Below are positions 60,666 through 64,000 of a DNA stretch of 64,000 nucleotides, piece after piece. Source of the DNA: Nitrospirota bacterium (GTDB taxonomy: Bacteria > Nitrospirota > Nitrospiria > Nitrospirales > Nitrospiraceae); NCBI GenBank assembly GCA_963701855.1, contig CAVPBK010000006.1, forward strand, positions 1,344,001-1,408,000, in the 5' to 3' direction. Below the pieces are notes generated by a model. That model ran no database searches and had not been told where the DNA came from. It worked only from the letters and a program-made list of their open reading frames with translations. Position 1 is the stretch's first letter. Every line of letters starts with the position of its first letter. The translations under genes and the position numbers were made by a program.

Positions 60666-62119
60666 ATGAATCTTTGCGACGAGGGGCATGTGCTTCTCGC
60701 GTCGCTCATGCTGATCTTTCTGCTTGGGGTCGCCGGCATGACGTCTCTTTATCTGGCCAGTCAGGATGGACCGGGCGTCAGCGCCATGAAAGAGGACAAC
60801 GTCGCGCAACAGTTGGCCGACGGTGCGGCGGATGTCGTGATGAGTTGGTTTCACGATCCGAGTGTCACCCCGACATCCCTTGCTGGATTGCTCATGAAAC
60901 GCCAGGGAGATTTCACCAGCGGGCCGTCGTTTTTCGACGCAGCTGGGCGTTCGCAGTTTGTTGGGACCGCTGACCATCCCGACATCCTCCTTGATGCAGC
61001 GAACCAAGCGGACAATCAGATGCTCAATGATTCCCCAAGCGGCTTCTCCCGTGCGCTGGGAGGACTTGGCCGAATTCTTAAGTTGAAAGTGTATGGTCCT
61101 CTGCAGCCAGGCTTGCTAAGCACGGTTGAGGTTACGGCCACGACGGTTGATCACCGCCGGTCACAAGAACGGTTCAGCTCCAGCTCGGGGCTCTGTCGAT
61201 TCCCGCGGTTCGCTCGGCGGTGCAAATTGTACAGACTCTTGGCGCCATGCAGCCAGGCGGTGAATCTCCCGTCATGGTCCATTGGGGTGATCAACGAGTA
61301 TTGGGCGATCTTGCGGTGCAGCGAGTCGAGGATCTGGTCCTTAAGAGCAGCGCGGCCCCAGTTACCGGTCAGTCGTATGACCAGATGTTGTATGCGCAAG
61401 ATCGCTGGGCTGAGTACTGGATTGGAGGTATTGTCTCAGTCATCGCACCTCCGCCAGGGCAAGGAGCCAATCTTCCGCTTTATGAAAATGTTCACCAGCA
61501 ACAATATCCGACGCCTGGGGTGAGGCTCGATCAGTGGGACTACGACTCGCTCAAGAAGATCGCGCTGCGTTGGGGGATCTATTATCGACTCGATCGTATG
61601 GGGCAGCTCCATCCACAAGGAGCCACGGATTCTGATCAGGGAATCATGCCCGCAGATGCGTTGGAATCTCACACCATCGGAGATCATCGTGGACTGGTCT
61701 TCATCGACACAGTCGATGGGCAATTACCGCGTATAGACAATATGGGAACGCTGGTGCTGGATACGGACTATTTTGAAGGTCTGCTGGTCGTTCAGGGTCA
61801 TGTGGTATGCAGGCCTCGCGCAGCAGGGAAATCTGTCCCAGCTCTCAGTCCATCTCAACCGGGGACAGAATCGCTAGGGGCAAGGGTACCAGTGCAATTG
61901 TCGGGCATCCACGTCAACGGTCTGTTGTATGCGGCTGGTGCGATCAGGATGGAACGATCTACTCGTCTGTACGGTGCGATGATGGCAGGACAGAGTGTGA
62001 CGTCGATCGGAGCTGGTACTGTGATCGAGGTCTGGTACAACGCCGATTTGGCGCAGGGACTGTTTCGAGGGGTTCCGGTTGTGTATCGGGCGCCGGGAAC
62101 CTGGCTGGCGAAGTACTAG
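60666..62119 (+). pseudogene. PilX-like protein split by a one-base frameshift near 61155
   Basis: EG|HVLLASL prepilin-like start without Glu5; two overlapping ORFs join as ...DHR/PVTRTVQLQLGA... Start may be 60632 or 60638. Confidence 0.7.
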
Positions 62120-62361
62120 CCGGATGCTGGAAAGCCCGCCAGCATCGTTCTCGCATCGCTCAGAGGCTCAATTAGAGTTTTTCCGAGGCCGGAAAGCACT
62201 GGATGGGCCTATCCGTTTGCCAAGAGCCATTCTAGGGGCGAACTCGCTGCGGCCTTGCTGGGCGGTCTTCTTGAGCATCCAGCCGGTGTGCACCTGTTAC
62301 TCCAAACGTACCGAAAAATGAAGTTTCGGTATCCCCACAGAGCTTTTCCATAGCCTGCCAG
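62120..62361 (+). mobile_element. Family 1 MITE-like element, copy E (diverged)
   Basis: After a TAG stop: CCGGATGCTGGAAAGCCCGCCAGCATCGTTCTCGCATCG...TTGAGCATCCAGC, 60 nt, then TTTTCCATAGCCTGCCAG. Confidence 0.75.
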
Positions 62362-62390
62362 CGGGAAGGCGAGCGTGAAAGGTTTTGTGC

Positions 62391-64000
62391 ATGATGGTTG
62401 AGACAGATCTGGTGGCTGGGGGGACTGGGGGGACTGGGGGGAAGAAGGGCAGCCGCGCGTCGAAACTCTCTCGTTGCACGATTGAGCAGAATGTGCTGGA
62501 TACGCTGACCTATCGCGGAATCATCAGTCAGGTCGACGTATTGGCGGCGGTCGATGATTCGAAAGACGGCGCATTCGATCTTGAAACAGTACTCCTCGAC
62601 CGCTATCGTGTTCCGAAGGACGCTTTAGGGTCTGCCTTGAGCGATTTTTACCAATGTCCCTACCTGCCGTATGACGAACGAACTGTCATCGATGCCGATC
62701 TGCTCAAAACGCTCAACCTCGACTATCTCCGGAAGAATCTCTGGTTGCCGATCACGCGTCGAGGCTCACTCATCGACGTGCTCACCAGCGATCCGCACGA
62801 TCTCGACAAGGGGTGGGATGTGCGGCGCACATTTCCGGGGATGACCATTCGTTATGCCGTAGGTCTTCGTCGGGACATCGAGCAGTTTCTCGATTTGGCC
62901 AAGGGTCAGGGAACCAGTGGATCCATCGGATCCATTCTCGGTGAGTTGATCAATGAAATCCATCTTGAGCCCGCCATCGATCCCGTATCTGGTGGGATCG
63001 ACGAGAACGACTCAGCCATTGTGCGGCTGACCAATCAAGTGATCGCCGAAGCCGACCGTCTTGGCGCATCGGACATTCACATCGAACCATACGCGGATCG
63101 TAAAGACGTGGCTGTGCGCCTGCGCATCGACGGTGCTTGCTCGACATTCATGAAGATTCCGGCGGCTTATCGGCGGGCCATCGTATCGCGCATCAAGGTC
63201 ATGGCCAATCTTGACATCGCGGAACGCCGCAAACCCCAAGACGGCAAGATCCGGTATCGATTGGCGAAGGATCGAGAGATCGAATTGCGTGTCGCGACCC
63301 TGCCCACCTCAGGACAGGACGAAGATGTCGTGCTGCGTCTTCTGACGGCCAAGCAACCGATGCCGCTCGACGCGATGGAATTTGCCCCCGCCACTTTGCA
63401 GGCTATTCTAGCCATCGCAGAGAAACCACACGGGATCATCTTGTGTGTCGGACCGACTGGGTCCGGCAAAACTACAACCTTGCACGCAATTCTCAAGCAC
63501 ATCAATACCGACGAACGAAAGATTTGGACAGCCGAAGATCCCATTGAAATCACCCAGGACGGTCTCCGCCAAGTGCAGGTCCATCCGAAGATCGGCCTGA
63601 TCTTCGCGACCGCGATGCGGGCGTTTCTGCGTGCCGACCCCGACGTCATCATGATCGGCGAAATGCGGGACAGAGAAACGGCCGACATTGCCATTGAAGC
63701 CTCGCTCACGGGCCACTTGGTGCTAAGCACCCTCCATACGAACAGTGCGGTCGAAACGATAGTCCGTTTGTTGGATCTCGGGTGCGACTCGTTCAACTTT
63801 GCCGATGCCATGTTGGGAGTGCTCGCCCAGCGCCTGTGCAAACGAATCTGCATCCAGTGCAAAGAGGCCTATCATCCGAGCCAACAGGAGTACGACGAAT
63901 TGGTGCAGGGGTACGGTACGCAGGACTGGTCCACCGTCGGCATCGAGTACACAGCCGATTGGAGTCTGTACCGTGGACGTGGCTGTGAGACCTGCAATCG
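62391..64000 (+). CDS. GspE/PilB family pilus assembly ATPase, 3'-truncated
   Basis: Frame read from ATG 62391: ASDIHIEP, LDIAERRKPQDG, GPTGSGKTTT at 63450, EDPIE, RADPDVIMIGEMRD, STLHTN, CxxC. Absent from the ORF track because there is no stop in the window. Confidence 0.93.
   Translation, partial: MMVETDLVAGGTGGTGGKKGSRASKLSRCTIEQNVLDTLTYRGIISQVDVLAAVDDSKDGAFDLETVLLDRYRVPKDALGSALSDFYQCPYLPYDERTVIDADLLKTLNLDYLRKNLWLPITRRGSLIDVLTSDPHDLDKGWDVRRTFPGMTIRYAVGLRRDIEQFLDLAKGQGTSGSIGSILGELINEIHLEPAIDPVSGGIDENDSAIVRLTNQVIAEADRLGASDIHIEPYADRKDVAVRLRIDGACSTFMKIPAAYRRAIVSRIKVMANLDIAERRKPQDGKIRYRLAKDREIELRVATLPTSGQDEDVVLRLLTAKQPMPLDAMEFAPATLQAILAIAEKPHGIILCVGPTGSGKTTTLHAILKHINTDERKIWTAEDPIEITQDGLRQVQVHPKIGLIFATAMRAFLRADPDVIMIGEMRDRETADIAIEASLTGHLVLSTLHTNSAVETIVRLLDLGCDSFNFADAMLGVLAQRLCKRICIQCKEAYHPSQQEYDELVQGYGTQDWSTVGIEYTADWSLYRGRGCETCN
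62416..62442 (+). repeat. 9-bp tandem repeat (CTGGGGGGA)x3
   Basis: Three perfect units near the 5' end of the ATPase gene. Confidence 0.85.

Overview
A bacterial chromosomal window of roughly 55-60% GC, judged by eye. Gene content and order suggest Nitrospira or Nitrospirota, but this is inference. Most of it is housekeeping: rpsU, nth, polA, ugd, dat, rimP-nusA-infB-DUF503-rbfA-truB-rpsO-pnp-M16 peptidase, pdxJ-nnr-tsaE-lapA-mutS, alaC-hom-thrC-apgM-like-lysC-cimA, ihfA-merR-tRNA-Pro-surE-dedA-cysS-rlmB, and a type IV pilus minor-pilin/ATPase cluster running off the right edge. The parts this does not explain are: (1) a 12.7-19.7 kb co-directional cluster of an exported, catalytically degenerate alkaline-phosphatase-fold protein, an exported unknown protein and five HEAT-repeat paralogues with recurring His/Cys motifs; (2) a stand-alone operon of two exported unknown proteins at 37.2-38.5 kb with strong expression signals, apparently sharing a small beta-barrel domain with the last HEAT protein; (3) a nitrosocyanin-like cupredoxin with an altered ligand set; (4) two families of modular palindromic intergenic elements, one usually starting exactly at stop codons and carrying a fixed-length ~60-nt variable segment; (5) a frameshifted PilX-like gene and a G-rich tandem repeat at the start of the pilus ATPase. 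I saw no CRISPR array, rRNA, integrase or transposase gene. All family assignments come from motif recognition by eye; no searches were run.
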